From positions 1 through 63,869 of the IMG/VR virus record IMGVR_UViG_3300027746_000001: a stretch of DNA of 63,869 nt. One strand, written 5' to 3'. Shown here piece by piece: positions 9,681 through 22,054 of the stretch. Both the position numbers and the translations under genes were made by a program. A model generated the notes under the pieces. That model did not search any database, was not told the DNA's origin, and saw nothing but the letters and a program-made list of their open reading frames with translations. The DNA comes from a virus. Taxonomy: Duplodnaviria > Caudoviricetes. Numbering within the stretch: the first letter of the stretch is position 1; each line of letters opens with the position of its first letter.

Positions 9681-10934
9681 ATGGAAAACGAAAACGAAAA
9701 AGCAGAATCCAGTGTTACTGGATACGGAAACCCATCGTTGGACGCAGATCCGATTGATGAATCAACTGAAAATCAAATCGATGCACTACTTGACGCTGCA
9801 CTAAGCGGAGTTGAGCCAGTGTACGCAGAGGAACCTGTCGAAACGGAAGAAATTGAACCAATCGAGGAACCAGAGCAAGAGGTTGCTGAATCCACGGAAC
9901 CTACAGAGACTACAGAAGCACCTGTAACTCCAGAAGTCGAACTGGATCCAGAAATTGCCTCAATCGAGCAACCCCGCAATCTCTCTGAGGTTAATCGCTC
10001 CAACTGGAGAAAGTTGCAAGAGACAGCATCCACATACAAAAAACAAGCGGAGGAAACAGAGCAACTACGGCAACGTGTTGTTGAAATGGAATCACGGCAG
10101 CAGGAATTCAAAGCACCTGATGATTATGATGAATTAAAGAAATTTCGTGCAATCTTTGACATTAAGAATGATCCTGAATTCCAGTCGAAATACAATCAAC
10201 CTATTCAGTCTGCTAAAGAGAACATCTACAATATCCTTCGTAAAAACGGAGCGAGTGAAGACGTTATTGAATCTATTGAAAAAGCAGGTGGGCCTGATGC
10301 AGTTGATCAGGGTTGGTGGAAGAACAATGCAATTGACAAGTTGCCACTTACTGATTCGGAACGTCTTAAACGCAACCTTGTTGATGTTGTTGACCTGAAA
10401 GAGAAGCAAGAACAAGAGATTGAAAATGCCGCACAAAATGCGGAGCAGATTCTTGAGCAGCGTGAACAAGAAAAGGGTAAATGGTATCACCAAGAGGTGG
10501 AACAGATCGATAGGCATATTGATGATCTGACGAAAGAACTTCCTTGGGCTAGGTACGCAGAAGCACCAAAAGATGCAACTCCAGAAAAGCTACAGCAAGT
10601 TCAAAGGCACAACGCGCAGGTGCAATCCCTTGCTGAGAAGTTTAACTCTGCTCTGTGGCCTACCAACGCTCAAGAAAGGGCTAATGTGGCAGCAGCAGCA
10701 GTTTTCTCACACGTTCTAACAGAGCAATTGCGTATCGAGCAAGAAGGCAAGTCCAAATACATGGCAGAATTGAAGTCTTTGCGAGAAGAGAACAACAAGC
10801 TAAAAGGGGCTGGTAAAATGCCAAAACAGACCATCACTGGTCAGCATAGCATTAAATCCAGTCTAAATGACCGATTGAAGATGAATTCGATGGATGCCAT
10901 TGATCTTGGACTTGATGAAGCACTAGGTGGTTAA
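9681..10934 (+). CDS. Putative capsid scaffolding protein
   Basis: Acidic disordered N-terminus and coiled-coil core, located between portal and capsid. Probable start is MENENEK at 9681. Confidence 0.6.
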   Translation: MENENEKAESSVTGYGNPSLDADPIDESTENQIDALLDAALSGVEPVYAEEPVETEEIEPIEEPEQEVAESTEPTETTEAPVTPEVELDPEIASIEQPRNLSEVNRSNWRKLQETASTYKKQAEETEQLRQRVVEMESRQQEFKAPDDYDELKKFRAIFDIKNDPEFQSKYNQPIQSAKENIYNILRKNGASEDVIESIEKAGGPDAVDQGWWKNNAIDKLPLTDSERLKRNLVDVVDLKEKQEQEIENAAQNAEQILEQREQEKGKWYHQEVEQIDRHIDDLTKELPWARYAEAPKDATPEKLQQVQRHNAQVQSLAEKFNSALWPTNAQERANVAAAAVFSHVLTEQLRIEQEGKSKYMAELKSLREENNKLKGAGKMPKQTITGQHSIKSSLNDRLKMNSMDAIDLGLDEALGG

Positions 10935-10997
10935 AGTATACTAAAGTTATACACAAAAGCATATATAACTTAATATAGTTAAAGCCACATTATATCT

Positions 10998-11987
10998 ATG
11001 GAACCAAAAGTTTCACCTGACGAGCGCATCACAATGAATGCATTGGATTCTTTCGATCCATTTGCAAGACAAGGACAAGTTCAGCGTCCACAACCACAAC
11101 CAGAAATAAATAAAGAACAACGAGATTTTTCACATCTCAACGAACCTATGATCAAACTAGACCGAAAACCTAAACGCAGACGCAAGCCAGTTCCAAAGGT
11201 GCTGGAAAAGATGGAATTACCAACTCCAGAAGAAATTAAACAACCGATTATCGAAGATGTTGCCGAAAAAGTACAGTTTAACGATACTCTACAGTCAAAT
11301 ATTGTAGAATCCCGAACCAATGAGGGGTTGCCATCGTATCGTGCAGAGTTTGCAGGAAGGGACATTTTCGTTGGTTTTTCGGCTAATAAAGCTACAAATC
11401 CCATCACTACGCTCGCTTTAATCAACATTGCGCTTGATTTCGGACGGGATAAGATCCGATTTGACGTTTCTAGCGACGAAAATAATTTTTATAAGTCAAG
11501 AAATGACCTTGCGGAGAAATTCCTAGCCACGGACGCAAAATGGTTGCTGTTGTTGGACAATAATATCATCCCATCCATCGGTAGACCGCAGTGGGCAAAG
11601 GCAACAATTGGTGCTGCTCGAAATATCCACGATTCGCACCTACAGAAGCACATTGTACATCGTCTAATTGGCGCAGGGAAGTCTCTTGTTGGTGCAGCGT
11701 ACTTTGCTAACTTGGATGACGCTTCAATCGACTGTTCAAAAACTGATCTTGGCAAAAAAGCACGGGTCTGCACCGATTCTGTAGAGGCAGTTGACTGGGT
11801 GGGTAGTGGATGCTTGTTAATCCATCGTCGGGTGTTTCAGGATATCAAGAAAAAGTTCCCTGACATCAAAAATGGGCCATTTTACCCTGACGATATTTCA
11901 TTCTGCAAAAAGGCAATGGAAGCAGGTCATCAACCACACATTGATTTGGGTGTTCCAGTATTTAACGTGGGAATTAAGGCATACTAA
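10998..11987 (+). CDS. GT-A-fold (GT2-like) glycosyltransferase-like protein with a disordered N-terminus
   Basis: SRNDLAEKFL, WLLLLDNN (DxD position), VDWVGSGCLLIHRRVF, DDISFC. Confidence 0.65.
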   Translation: MEPKVSPDERITMNALDSFDPFARQGQVQRPQPQPEINKEQRDFSHLNEPMIKLDRKPKRRRKPVPKVLEKMELPTPEEIKQPIIEDVAEKVQFNDTLQSNIVESRTNEGLPSYRAEFAGRDIFVGFSANKATNPITTLALINIALDFGRDKIRFDVSSDENNFYKSRNDLAEKFLATDAKWLLLLDNNIIPSIGRPQWAKATIGAARNIHDSHLQKHIVHRLIGAGKSLVGAAYFANLDDASIDCSKTDLGKKARVCTDSVEAVDWVGSGCLLIHRRVFQDIKKKFPDIKNGPFYPDDISFCKKAMEAGHQPHIDLGVPVFNVGIKAY

Positions 11988-12580
11988 TGAAACCAAAAAT
12001 CTATTCATATTACGAGAGTGTGCAACTGCGTCCACAGGACGAACAATTTGCTTGTGCAAACATCTGGAAATCGACTTGGGAAGCTCAAGGATGGGAACCA
12101 GTGATGCTAAATCGCTCACACGCGCAGGGGAGTCCGCTTCACCTAAAGCTAATGACAAAATTAACTCGACTCGCTCCAGTTCTCCCCAACGAGTTGCAAA
12201 ATAATTTTGCTTTCATTTGCGCTCGTTTTTCGCGTTGGTGTGCGCTTCATGCTGCTGGTGGTGGATGGATGAGTGATTATGATGTTGCTAATATTTCATT
12301 TACTCCGCAACTCGCTGAGGAGGTAGAGAAGACTGGATCATTGCTTCTTTTGTCTGGGCAACCATCTTATATTTTTCACACAACTAAAGAGATGTGCGCT
12401 CACGTCATAAACACAATACTTTCCAATGATCTTCATGTGGGTGGAGTGTTAAAAAACGAAGACGATATCTTTAACGAATCTGGAAAACTCGATAGAATTG
12501 AAGCGAATTTAATTCACGCAAAAATGGAGAATAATATTCCGAAATCTCAATACCTAAAAAATATTTTAAATATAATTTGA
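11987..12580 (+). CDS. Putative DxD glycosyltransferase
   Basis: WKSTW...GWEPV and RWCAL..AGGGWMSDYDV resemble the GT32-like R..L...GG...D.D pattern. Confidence 0.55.
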   Translation: MKPKIYSYYESVQLRPQDEQFACANIWKSTWEAQGWEPVMLNRSHAQGSPLHLKLMTKLTRLAPVLPNELQNNFAFICARFSRWCALHAAGGGWMSDYDVANISFTPQLAEEVEKTGSLLLLSGQPSYIFHTTKEMCAHVINTILSNDLHVGGVLKNEDDIFNESGKLDRIEANLIHAKMENNIPKSQYLKNILNII

Positions 12581-12603
12581 CAATGTTTTAGTTTTGATAT
12601 AAA
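12577..12603 (+). promoter_or_regulatory. Possible sigma70-like promoter for the capsid operon
   Basis: TTGACA at 12577 and TATAAA at 12598; the spacer is short (15 nt). Confidence 0.35.
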
Positions 12604-12621
12604 AAGGCAATAACTCGACGT

Positions 12622-12790
12622 GCCAGATTCGTTATTCTGGTGACTCCGCAGAAGTCAAAAAATCTGCACTCAGGCCGAACAACGCCCAACGTGCCGGGGC
12701 AACAAAACCAAGAAACAAATCGTTAAGAACCGATAGCGGGTCTTATCGTCTTGAATGTTGCCCGAAAGATTTTCTTACGGGAGTTCAAGC
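12622..12790 (+). ncRNA. Candidate structured 5' leader (hairpin, H-type pseudoknot, further stems)
   Basis: CCAGA/TCTGG hairpin; TGACT/AGTCA and GCAGA/TCTGC crossing stems; GGGCAACA/TGTTGCCC; CTTGAA/TTCAAG. Confidence 0.45.
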
Positions 12791-12834
12791 AGAACAAACC
12801 CAAACAAACAATTAATTAGAAAACAAAACAAAAC

Positions 12835-13818
12835 ATGAAATTTATTCCTAAGTTTCTTTCAGTTGCGCTTTCGATTTTTACCATTGCAACCAGTAACGCT
12901 GATTATATTACAGACAACGTGACTGTCACAGGTGGTACATTCGGAAACGGAACGTCATTCAAAGGTCAAGCAGTTAGTACCTTTAAAATTGGCACTAAAG
13001 AAATCACATTTGCTGATTGGCAAACTGTCCGCACTTATGCTGCGGCTAATGGTTTTGACATCGGAAGTGCTGGTTCTGGAAGTGGATCAACAAATCCTGT
13101 GGAAAAAGTAAGTTGGTATGATGCGGTAAAATGGTGTAATGCAGCAAGTCTTCTTAATAGCAAGACTCCTGTTTACACTAATAGCCTTAAAGTATCATCG
13201 ATTACTCGCAACAGTACAACAGCTACAGTTAATACATTATTGCCACACAATCGAGTGACTGGTGATTCTGTAACCATTTCTGGAGCAGTTCAGTCCTCTT
13301 ACAATATTACAGCAAACGTGACTGTTGTAAATGCAGTAACATTTACTTACACTGTTGCTGGAAGTCCTGTAAGTCCTGCTACGGGAACCATTGTTGCAAC
13401 TGGAACATACAAATCAGGTGAAGAAGTTCCAGCAGTAAACGCTTCCGCTAACGGATATCGTCTCCCTACTGAAAAAGAATGGGAATGGGCAGCAATCGGT
13501 GGAACATCGGTGAATACCCCATTGCCATTTGCTTTTGCTGGAAGCAATAATCCAAGTGGAGTTTGCTGGTCACAAACAAATTCTCCGACAAGCACTCAGC
13601 CTGTTGCAACCAAAACCGCAAACCAATTGTCTATTTATGACATGAGTGGAAACGTCTTTGAATGGTGCTTTGACGATATCACTGGCGTTGTTGGTCGTAG
13701 GATTCGTGGTGGTGGATGGACTGTTAATGCTGACAGTTGCCGCATTGACAATCGTGGATATCCAGCACCTCAACGCCAAGAAAACGGATTTGGTCTTCGT
13801 ATCACAACAAACCCTTAA
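12835..13818 (+). CDS. Secreted FGE-sulfatase/SUMF1 (CLec-fold) domain protein with an inserted beta domain
   Basis: N-terminal signal peptide; PVEKVSWYDAVKWCN, GYRLPTEKEWEWAA, YDMSGNVFEWC, RGGGW, GLR. Confidence 0.85.
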   Translation: MKFIPKFLSVALSIFTIATSNADYITDNVTVTGGTFGNGTSFKGQAVSTFKIGTKEITFADWQTVRTYAAANGFDIGSAGSGSGSTNPVEKVSWYDAVKWCNAASLLNSKTPVYTNSLKVSSITRNSTTATVNTLLPHNRVTGDSVTISGAVQSSYNITANVTVVNAVTFTYTVAGSPVSPATGTIVATGTYKSGEEVPAVNASANGYRLPTEKEWEWAAIGGTSVNTPLPFAFAGSNNPSGVCWSQTNSPTSTQPVATKTANQLSIYDMSGNVFEWCFDDITGVVGRRIRGGGWTVNADSCRIDNRGYPAPQRQENGFGLRITTNP

Positions 13819-13874
13819 AACAAAAACAAAACAAATTAACAAAAACTTAAAACTTAAATTAGAAAAATAATATT

Positions 13875-15059
13875 ATGTCAGAATGTATCTCACTCGCAGC
13901 AATTCAAAATTTTGCATCTAAGGATGTAAATCGTATCATCGGACAAATCGGACGAGTTCTCGCCCGCAAGTCCCCTTACATCAACTCCATCGATGGTGGA
14001 ACGCTCCCTAACGTCTCTGACGTTGTGCGTAGTGTTGTGGAGGAAATGGCAGTACCTGCCGCTTCTCTCGCCTCTCCTACCTTCGTTAACGACACCACCC
14101 TCTGCGGTGTTGGAGCAACCCCTGACGTTGTTGGCTCGACTGAGTATCAGTTCCAACTCCAGACCCTTCGTGGTGCTGGCCCACGTGTTTGCGTAAAGCA
14201 AGCCCGTACCGCATTCAAAGGTTCTTACCTCCAAGCTCAAGTATCGCTTGAAAAGACGATTCTCCAGCTTATCAACGCTGATATTCGTTACCAGTATCTC
14301 CTTCAGTCTGGCATTAAATATGTTGTGGATTCCACTGCTACTTTTTCTGCTAACTTGACTGGTGATATGCAGCAGATCAACACCTTGTTTGCTAATAAGG
14401 CTCCTGATGCTCCTATGAACTTCAAGACCCTCTACAAACTCGGTACGTTCCTGCGCGAAGAGATGCTTGCTGAACCATTCGCTACCTCCGAGGGTGAATT
14501 CTTCCAAGTTATCGCTTCCGCTGACCAGATCGAGAATTTCCGCAACGATGCGGACGTTAAAGAGGATCTGATTGGTCTTACGACTGGTTCGTTCAAACTT
14601 GGTGAGACTGCCATCTCTGGCTACTCCTTCCAAGGGTATCGCGGTTTCGCATTCGGTATTGATCAACAACCCCTCCGCGCTACCGCGAATGTTGCTGGTG
14701 TTCTTACCCTTGTTAACCCAATCGTCTCGACTGCCGTAACGAATGGTTTCGCTCAACGACGTAACCCAGCATGGGTTGCTGCCAATTACGAAGTTATGTT
14801 TGTTATCGCTGGTAATGCGTTCAAGCGTCTCGTACCTGAAAGCTACGTTGGAGAGGGAACCTTCCGTTTCGCTCCTCAACTTGCTATGGGTGAACTGGAG
14901 TGGACATACTTCCGCGACAACGATTGTAACTTGTATGGTGACTTCGGTCAGCACATCTACCAAATCCAACGTGCTATTCAGCCAATTCGTCCACAGAATG
15001 TTGTGGCGATTGTCTACAAGCGTTGCCAAGATGATGTGAATCCCGCACCTTGCGTGTAA
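13875..15059 (+). CDS. Major capsid protein (putative)
   Basis: 394 aa; strongly biased codons typical of high expression; A-rich leader; followed by a long hairpin; position after the scaffold. Confidence 0.75.
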   Translation: MSECISLAAIQNFASKDVNRIIGQIGRVLARKSPYINSIDGGTLPNVSDVVRSVVEEMAVPAASLASPTFVNDTTLCGVGATPDVVGSTEYQFQLQTLRGAGPRVCVKQARTAFKGSYLQAQVSLEKTILQLINADIRYQYLLQSGIKYVVDSTATFSANLTGDMQQINTLFANKAPDAPMNFKTLYKLGTFLREEMLAEPFATSEGEFFQVIASADQIENFRNDADVKEDLIGLTTGSFKLGETAISGYSFQGYRGFAFGIDQQPLRATANVAGVLTLVNPIVSTAVTNGFAQRRNPAWVAANYEVMFVIAGNAFKRLVPESYVGEGTFRFAPQLAMGELEWTYFRDNDCNLYGDFGQHIYQIQRAIQPIRPQNVVAIVYKRCQDDVNPAPCV

Positions 15060-15118
15060 GTTGAATTGATATCGGTGGCAGAGTTAATTAGTTGACTCTG
15101 CCACCTCATCAGTTTAAC
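15060..15118 (+). terminator. Long hairpin after the capsid gene (terminator or RNase III-type/stabilising stem)
   Basis: GGTGGCAGAGTTAA-ttag-TTGACTCTGCCACC, extended by GTTGAATTGAT/ATCAGTTTAAC. No clear U-tract. Confidence 0.6.
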
Positions 15119-15128
15119 ATTCACACAT

Positions 15129-15392
15129 ATGGACGATATCCCTTCAATTCTCGACACAGCAAAATTCCGTCATTTGGTGCTTGATGGGGTTTCTAATATC
15201 GCTAACTCTATTCAAGGATTTCAAATCCCAGAATATGACGAACTCGCATTGACTTACTATGGTTCGACGAACAATATCGCAACTGTAGCTTACAGCAAAG
15301 CATCGGTTGTTGTTGCAACATTGACATTGACATATTCCGTGCAGCCTCCCACTGCAAATGACGCAAATTTAGTAATGGTAAGCATAGCTTAA
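15129..15392 (+). CDS. Hypothetical virion-associated protein
   Basis: Directly after the capsid gene; beta-rich C-terminal half. Confidence 0.6.
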   Translation: MDDIPSILDTAKFRHLVLDGVSNIANSIQGFQIPEYDELALTYYGSTNNIATVAYSKASVVVATLTLTYSVQPPTANDANLVMVSIA

Positions 15393-15393
15393 T

Positions 15394-17210
<1,817 letters not shown>

Positions 17211-17214
<4 letters not shown>

Positions 17215-18839
17215 TTTTAACTAATTCCAATGCGGCAAATATTGGATTAAGTGTTGTTAGATGTATTGCATCTGCAACAGCATCGTTCCGTCAGTTTATG
17301 GTTTATGCCGATACAACAATTTCAGCGGTAATTTCTGGGACAATCGGACTTATTAAAAATGGGACTGGTGCGCTTACGCTTAGTGGAAATAATACCTATA
17401 CTGGAGCAACAATTATCAATGCCGGCACTTTAAAAAATGGAAGTGCAACAGCTTTTAGTACTGGAAGTGCTTTAACTGTTAATGGTGGAATTTTTGATCT
17501 CAATGGTTTCAATGCAAACGTGGCATCAATGGGAGTTGGGAATGCTTCTGGAACGATCACCAACTCGGTCTCAGGATCGGGTACAAATACGATCACGATC
17601 TTGAATTACAACGCTGCGGTTGCCTCACTCATTACAGATGGTTCCACGGCAAAGACGGCAGTGACCATTAACAATAATGGTGGTGCTTACGCTATTTCAA
17701 ATGCGAATAACACGTTTTCAGGAGGGTTTACGATTGCCTATGGTGGTTCTGGTGGTGGATCGCGCCTATATCAGGGTTCAATAACAAGCACTGTTGTTGG
17801 AGGGATTCTAACAAAAAGCAATATAGGAATAGGAACGCTTACCATAGGAGCCAATGGAAGCACGTCCAATGCTCAATTGATGCTTAACTCAGGTTCAATT
17901 TACAATAATATCATTGTTAATGCAGCACAATATGCAGATGGTGGTGCAGCCGCATTCCGTCTTGATGGAACTGGAATACAATTTTATGGAACAATGACGG
18001 CAGGTTCCTCTAATATTAATTTATCAAGCCAATTTACAGGTTCGGCAACTTTAAATGGTCAACTAACAGGAACGAATGGGCTATTATTAAAAACTCCAGC
18101 AGGGGCATCGGCTACATTTACTCTAACTTTATTAAATCCAACAAATAACTATTTAGGAAATACAACAATTGCAACGAGAACAACAATAGTTATTAGCGGT
18201 GCAGGACAACTCGGATCGGGTAATTATTCTGGGAGTATCGCAAATACAGGATCTTTCATCTACTCCAGCACTGCCAACCAAATTCTCTCTGGCACAATTA
18301 CGGGAACTGGTCAATGGATAAAAAACGCAACTAGCACACTCACTCTCTCTGGCACATTCTCGGGAACAACAGGGCCAATTACCGTAAACGCTGGAACGCT
18401 TGCTCTGGGAGCCAATCAAACGCTACCAGTAATAGCTGGAGCTGGAAACATTGATATTGGAATTTACAATTTAGTAATTGCTAATGGCACAAACAATACT
18501 TTCTCTGGCGTTATTAGCGGATCTGGCACATTTAGGAAAACATCAAGTGGAATTCAGACACTTTCGGGTAATCTCACATACACGGGATCAACTGAAATCA
18601 GCAACGGAACATTACAAATTATTAGGGCATTCGGGTCAATAACCCCAACAGCATCATTTGGAATATCTACGTTGGTTGTTTCCTTTACTGGGACTTTTCC
18701 ATCGGGAATAACAGACTTTCGTTTTTTTGCAGGAACAACAATTAACTCTTACGCATCCGTAACCCTAACTGGTGTTCCAGTTGGAACAACAGCAATCTAT
18801 AACTCCGCAAACTCGACACTTTCAGTCATAGTTCCATGA
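17211..18839 (+). CDS. Autotransporter-associated beta-strand repeat protein, copy 1 (adhesin/fibre-like)
   Basis: Repeats such as [28 protein letters not shown]. Confidence 0.8.
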
Positions 18840-19048
18840 TAATTTCTCCTAACGAAAATGGTTGGTCTTACGATGATTCTACAGGCAATTGGAAATTGGT
18901 TTATGCCGACAAGTTAATTGTGTTGTATGAGCAGACAGACCAATCAATCGCAACTCAAAGCGTCCTTTTCGTAGGAACTCAAGAAGAATGTGATAACCAA
19001 ATATTGAACCTTGGATTGCATTTTCCAGATACGGAGGAAAAGGAATGA
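18836..19048 (+). CDS. Small protein, possible fibre chaperone or tip partner
   Basis: ATGA-coupled to the fibre gene. Confidence 0.55.
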   Translation: MIISPNENGWSYDDSTGNWKLVYADKLIVLYEQTDQSIATQSVLFVGTQEECDNQILNLGLHFPDTEEKE

Positions 19049-19092
19049 ACGACAACCCAACTCTTACAGGAATAATTGGGATCCAAATGTAA
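19045..19092 (+). pseudogene. Truncated remnant of the holin-like gene start (MNDNPTLTGIIGIQM*)
   Basis: GGAATGAACGACAAC is shared with 20214-20228. Confidence 0.5.
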
Positions 19093-20199
19093 ATGAAATT
19101 AACTGATTCTAATGCGGCAAATGTTGGAGCAAATGTTGTTAGATGTATCGCATCTGCAACAGCATCGTTCCGTCAGTTTATGGTTTATGCCGATACAACA
19201 ATTTCGTTGGTAATATCTGGGGCAATCGGTCTAATTAAAAATGGATCTGGAACTCTCACCCTCACCGCAGCAAATACCTACACAGGAGGCACTACAGTCA
19301 ATGCTGGAACGCTTCAAATAGGAAACGGAACGAATAATACTGCTAGGGTTTTGGGAACCACAACCTTGAGCGGAGGCAACATTGCATACAGTCTAAATGC
19401 CAACAACTTTGCTGTAAATGGAGCCATTACCCTTACCTCAACGGCAAGTTTAACAAAACTTGGATCGCTCCAGATTAACTTACAAACTGGAACTCTAAAT
19501 GGCGGAGGGCAGACTTTAAATATCAATGCGACTGGTGTAATTTATTTCAACGGGACGGCAGGAACCAGTCTTGGTCAAATAAATATCCTAAATGGGGGTG
19601 TTGGGCAAGACGGCACGGGAGGATTGCCGCTACGAAATGCCGAAATTAGTATTGCCAACGGAGCGCAATTTAGAACCTATACCAGTCCGACGATCAACAA
19701 TAATATCACTCTCAATGGGGGTGCTGGGCCAAATGGGAGTGGCGCACTTTGGAATGAGTCGGTGGTTGCCGCGCATACGCCAATTTATATTGGAATAATC
19801 ACTTTAGCTACTGGGACAAACTCAAGTTTTGGAAATACTACATCTGGTTTTACGATAACTGGACAAATAACTGGTTCGGGATCATTTACAAAAATTGGAA
19901 CTGGAACGCTTAGAACATTTGGAATTAATAACAACTATACTGGGTCAACGACAATCAGCGCAGGAACATTACAAGTTCAGAAAGCCTCATTTGGGGCAAT
20001 CACGCCAACAGTATACTATACTTCTAATACACTTTCAGCTTCTTTTAGCGGAACATTCCCATCTGGGACAACAAATTTCCGAATATTCCAAGGCACAACA
20101 ACTAATGTATACGCTGCGGTGGCTTTATCGGGAACTCCAGCGGGATCATACGCAACATACAATTCAGCTAACTCAACTATTTCAGTTGTAGTGCCATGA
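19093..20199 (+). CDS. Autotransporter-associated beta-strand repeat protein, copy 2
   Basis: Same repeats; N- and C-termini are paralogous to copy 1. Confidence 0.8.
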   Translation: MKLTDSNAANVGANVVRCIASATASFRQFMVYADTTISLVISGAIGLIKNGSGTLTLTAANTYTGGTTVNAGTLQIGNGTNNTARVLGTTTLSGGNIAYSLNANNFAVNGAITLTSTASLTKLGSLQINLQTGTLNGGGQTLNINATGVIYFNGTAGTSLGQINILNGGVGQDGTGGLPLRNAEISIANGAQFRTYTSPTINNNITLNGGAGPNGSGALWNESVVAAHTPIYIGIITLATGTNSSFGNTTSGFTITGQITGSGSFTKIGTGTLRTFGINNNYTGSTTISAGTLQVQKASFGAITPTVYYTSNTLSASFSGTFPSGTTNFRIFQGTTTNVYAAVALSGTPAGSYATYNSANSTISVVVP

Positions 20200-20216
20200 T
20201 AAACATAGGAAACGGA

Positions 20217-20390
20217 ATGAACGACAACGCAACAAACCACGGATTAATGGGTACGATTATATCGACCACAGGATTTATAGTAAGTATGTTACCAGAAATA
20301 GAAGCGTCAATTAGACTGACGGGTGGAATTATCTCCATTATTGCTGGTGTTCTGACTTGCATCTATATGGTAAAGCAGATTTCAAAATGA
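20217..20390 (+). CDS. Holin-like small membrane protein
   Basis: Hydrophobic helices and basic C-terminus; upstream of the endolysin. Confidence 0.5.
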   Translation: MNDNATNHGLMGTIISTTGFIVSMLPEIEASIRLTGGIISIIAGVLTCIYMVKQISK

Positions 20391-20617
20391 AACCCAAAAA
20401 ATTTGCTCTTGTAATAATAGTAATATCATTTATCCTATTAGGATCCTCATTCTTAACTGGATGTGTATCAGTTCCAATTCCACCAGCAGGAGATAAGGTT
20501 GGTGAGTTAGGACACATTAAAATTTCACTTAAATTTCAGTACCTCCCAGCAACACAACCCGATATTGATTGGTTTAATCCACTCATACCACAACCCAAAC
20601 TATATAAAGATAAATGA
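20387..20617 (+). CDS. Lipoprotein (possible spanin-like component)
   Basis: MKPKK, hydrophobic core and LTGC lipobox; in the lysis cluster. Confidence 0.6.
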   Translation: MKPKKFALVIIVISFILLGSSFLTGCVSVPIPPAGDKVGELGHIKISLKFQYLPATQPDIDWFNPLIPQPKLYKDK

Positions 20618-20790
20618 AAATTGTAGATTACATCTTGGCTCGTCTTTCGGAATCGTCAACTTATCGTGGTGCGATTTTTCTTCTTGGTGGACTTGGTATT
20701 GCCGTTGCTCCAGAACAAGCTAATGCGATTGCTGCGGCATCTATGGCTATTGCAGGAGCAATTAACGTGTTCCGAAAAGAAAAGAAATAA
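20614..20790 (+). CDS. Holin-like membrane protein (58 aa)
   Basis: Translated manually: MKIVDYILARLSESSTYRGAIFLLGGLGIAV...INVFRKEKK. Abuts the endolysin. Confidence 0.6.
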   Translation: MKIVDYILARLSESSTYRGAIFLLGGLGIAVAPEQANAIAAASMAIAGAINVFRKEKK

Positions 20791-21308
20791 TGCTTCATAA
20801 GTTAACCGATATCGCACTTCGTGAAGTCGGAGTGCGAGAAATTGGTTCTAACAATTCCGGTAAGCGCATCCGTGAATACCAATCCGCAACTGAGCTTGAT
20901 CCTGCTCCGTGGAGTTGGTGTGCAGCGTTCGTAGATTGGTCAATTCGTGAGTGGTTAAAAGATGATGGTGTTGTGGCATGGCTAGGACTTAAAAACCGCA
21001 CTGCTGACCAATGGAGGCCAACAACAGCACTGGCATATGGTCTAACATCATGGGCAAAGCAAAGACCAAACACCACCAGTATTTACAATGAAAAAGATAG
21101 AGCAGTTGCTGGAGACATTGTTACATTTGATTTTTCGCACGTTGGAATTGTTATTGAAGATTCTATGAGTCATATCGTGACCATCGAGGGAAATACAAAT
21201 GGGTCTGGTACTAGAGACTCTGAAAGTGGTGATGGGGTCTGGAAAAAGATCCGTAAAAAATCACTTATAAAAGATCTTATCCGTATACATCCATCAACAG
21301 CAAAATAA
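20790..21308 (+). CDS. CHAP-domain endolysin
   Basis: WCAAFV, HVGIV and TIEGNT catalytic motifs. Confidence 0.85.
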   Translation: MLHKLTDIALREVGVREIGSNNSGKRIREYQSATELDPAPWSWCAAFVDWSIREWLKDDGVVAWLGLKNRTADQWRPTTALAYGLTSWAKQRPNTTSIYNEKDRAVAGDIVTFDFSHVGIVIEDSMSHIVTIEGNTNGSGTRDSESGDGVWKKIRKKSLIKDLIRIHPSTAK

Positions 21309-22054
21309 TGGCAAATATTACCCATAAGTGGAAGAAAGTCCTAGCAGTTAGTTGTTCACACGCGAAATATTGCGACAAGGAATCATTAGACGCTGTTTTA
21401 AAATTCAAACGTGATTTCAAGCCACATACAACCATTCATTTGGGGGATTTTGTTGATTTAACAAGTCTAATGTCTAGAGCAAAAGGATCCAGTGAAGCGG
21501 AACCACTCATTCCAGACATTGATACAGGTCTAATGCACCTCAAAATGCTAGGTGCAAATGTGGTGTTGTGTGGCAATCACGAAGATCGAGCTTGGAGACT
21601 CCAATCTAGCAACAATGCGGTTGTAGCTCATGCCGCATATAAAATTGTGGAAGCTATTGAAAACTGCTGCAAGAAACTCCGCGCACCACTGCTTCCGTGG
21701 GATGGAGTGTTCCAGATGTACAACCTAGCTGACATTGGATTCCAGCATGGTGTTTTATACAACGAAATGGCTGCTAGAGACACCGCAGAAGCATTCTGCA
21801 ATGGAACTAGGCGCAAGGTTGTCTTTGGGCATACCCACAAGGTTGCAATGCAGTCTGGACGCAATCTTGTTGGTGGAACTGGGTACAATATTGGTTCTCT
21901 GACAAAAAGATCCTCGATGGAATACGCAAAAACCCGCCGAGCTACCCTTGCTTGGACGAATGGATTCCTATGGGGTGAGTATTGCGAAGAACTTAACCAG
22001 TCTTCACTACACATTACATCACGGGAACAAGGACAGATGTGGAGACTGCCATGA
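21308..22054 (+). CDS. Calcineurin-like metallophosphoesterase
   Basis: LGDFVD, GNHE, HG and GHTH motifs; motif I reads SCSH. Confidence 0.85.
   Translation: MANITHKWKKVLAVSCSHAKYCDKESLDAVLKFKRDFKPHTTIHLGDFVDLTSLMSRAKGSSEAEPLIPDIDTGLMHLKMLGANVVLCGNHEDRAWRLQSSNNAVVAHAAYKIVEAIENCCKKLRAPLLPWDGVFQMYNLADIGFQHGVLYNEMAARDTAEAFCNGTRRKVVFGHTHKVAMQSGRNLVGGTGYNIGSLTKRSSMEYAKTRRATLAWTNGFLWGEYCEELNQSSLHITSREQGQMWRLP

Noticed and set aside
12605-12790. tmRNA or tRNA in the capsid leader
   Set aside because: No acceptor stem, T-arm or CCA end, and no tag reading frame recognised.
13680-13818. Diversity-generating retroelement targeting the CLec/FGE C-terminus
   Set aside because: I found no reverse transcriptase ORF and no second, adenine-variant copy (template repeat) of this region by eye.
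13890-15029. 379-aa ORF antisense to the capsid gene
   Set aside because: Likely a shadow of the strong codon bias of the capsid gene; it has no motifs and opposes the genome-wide orientation.
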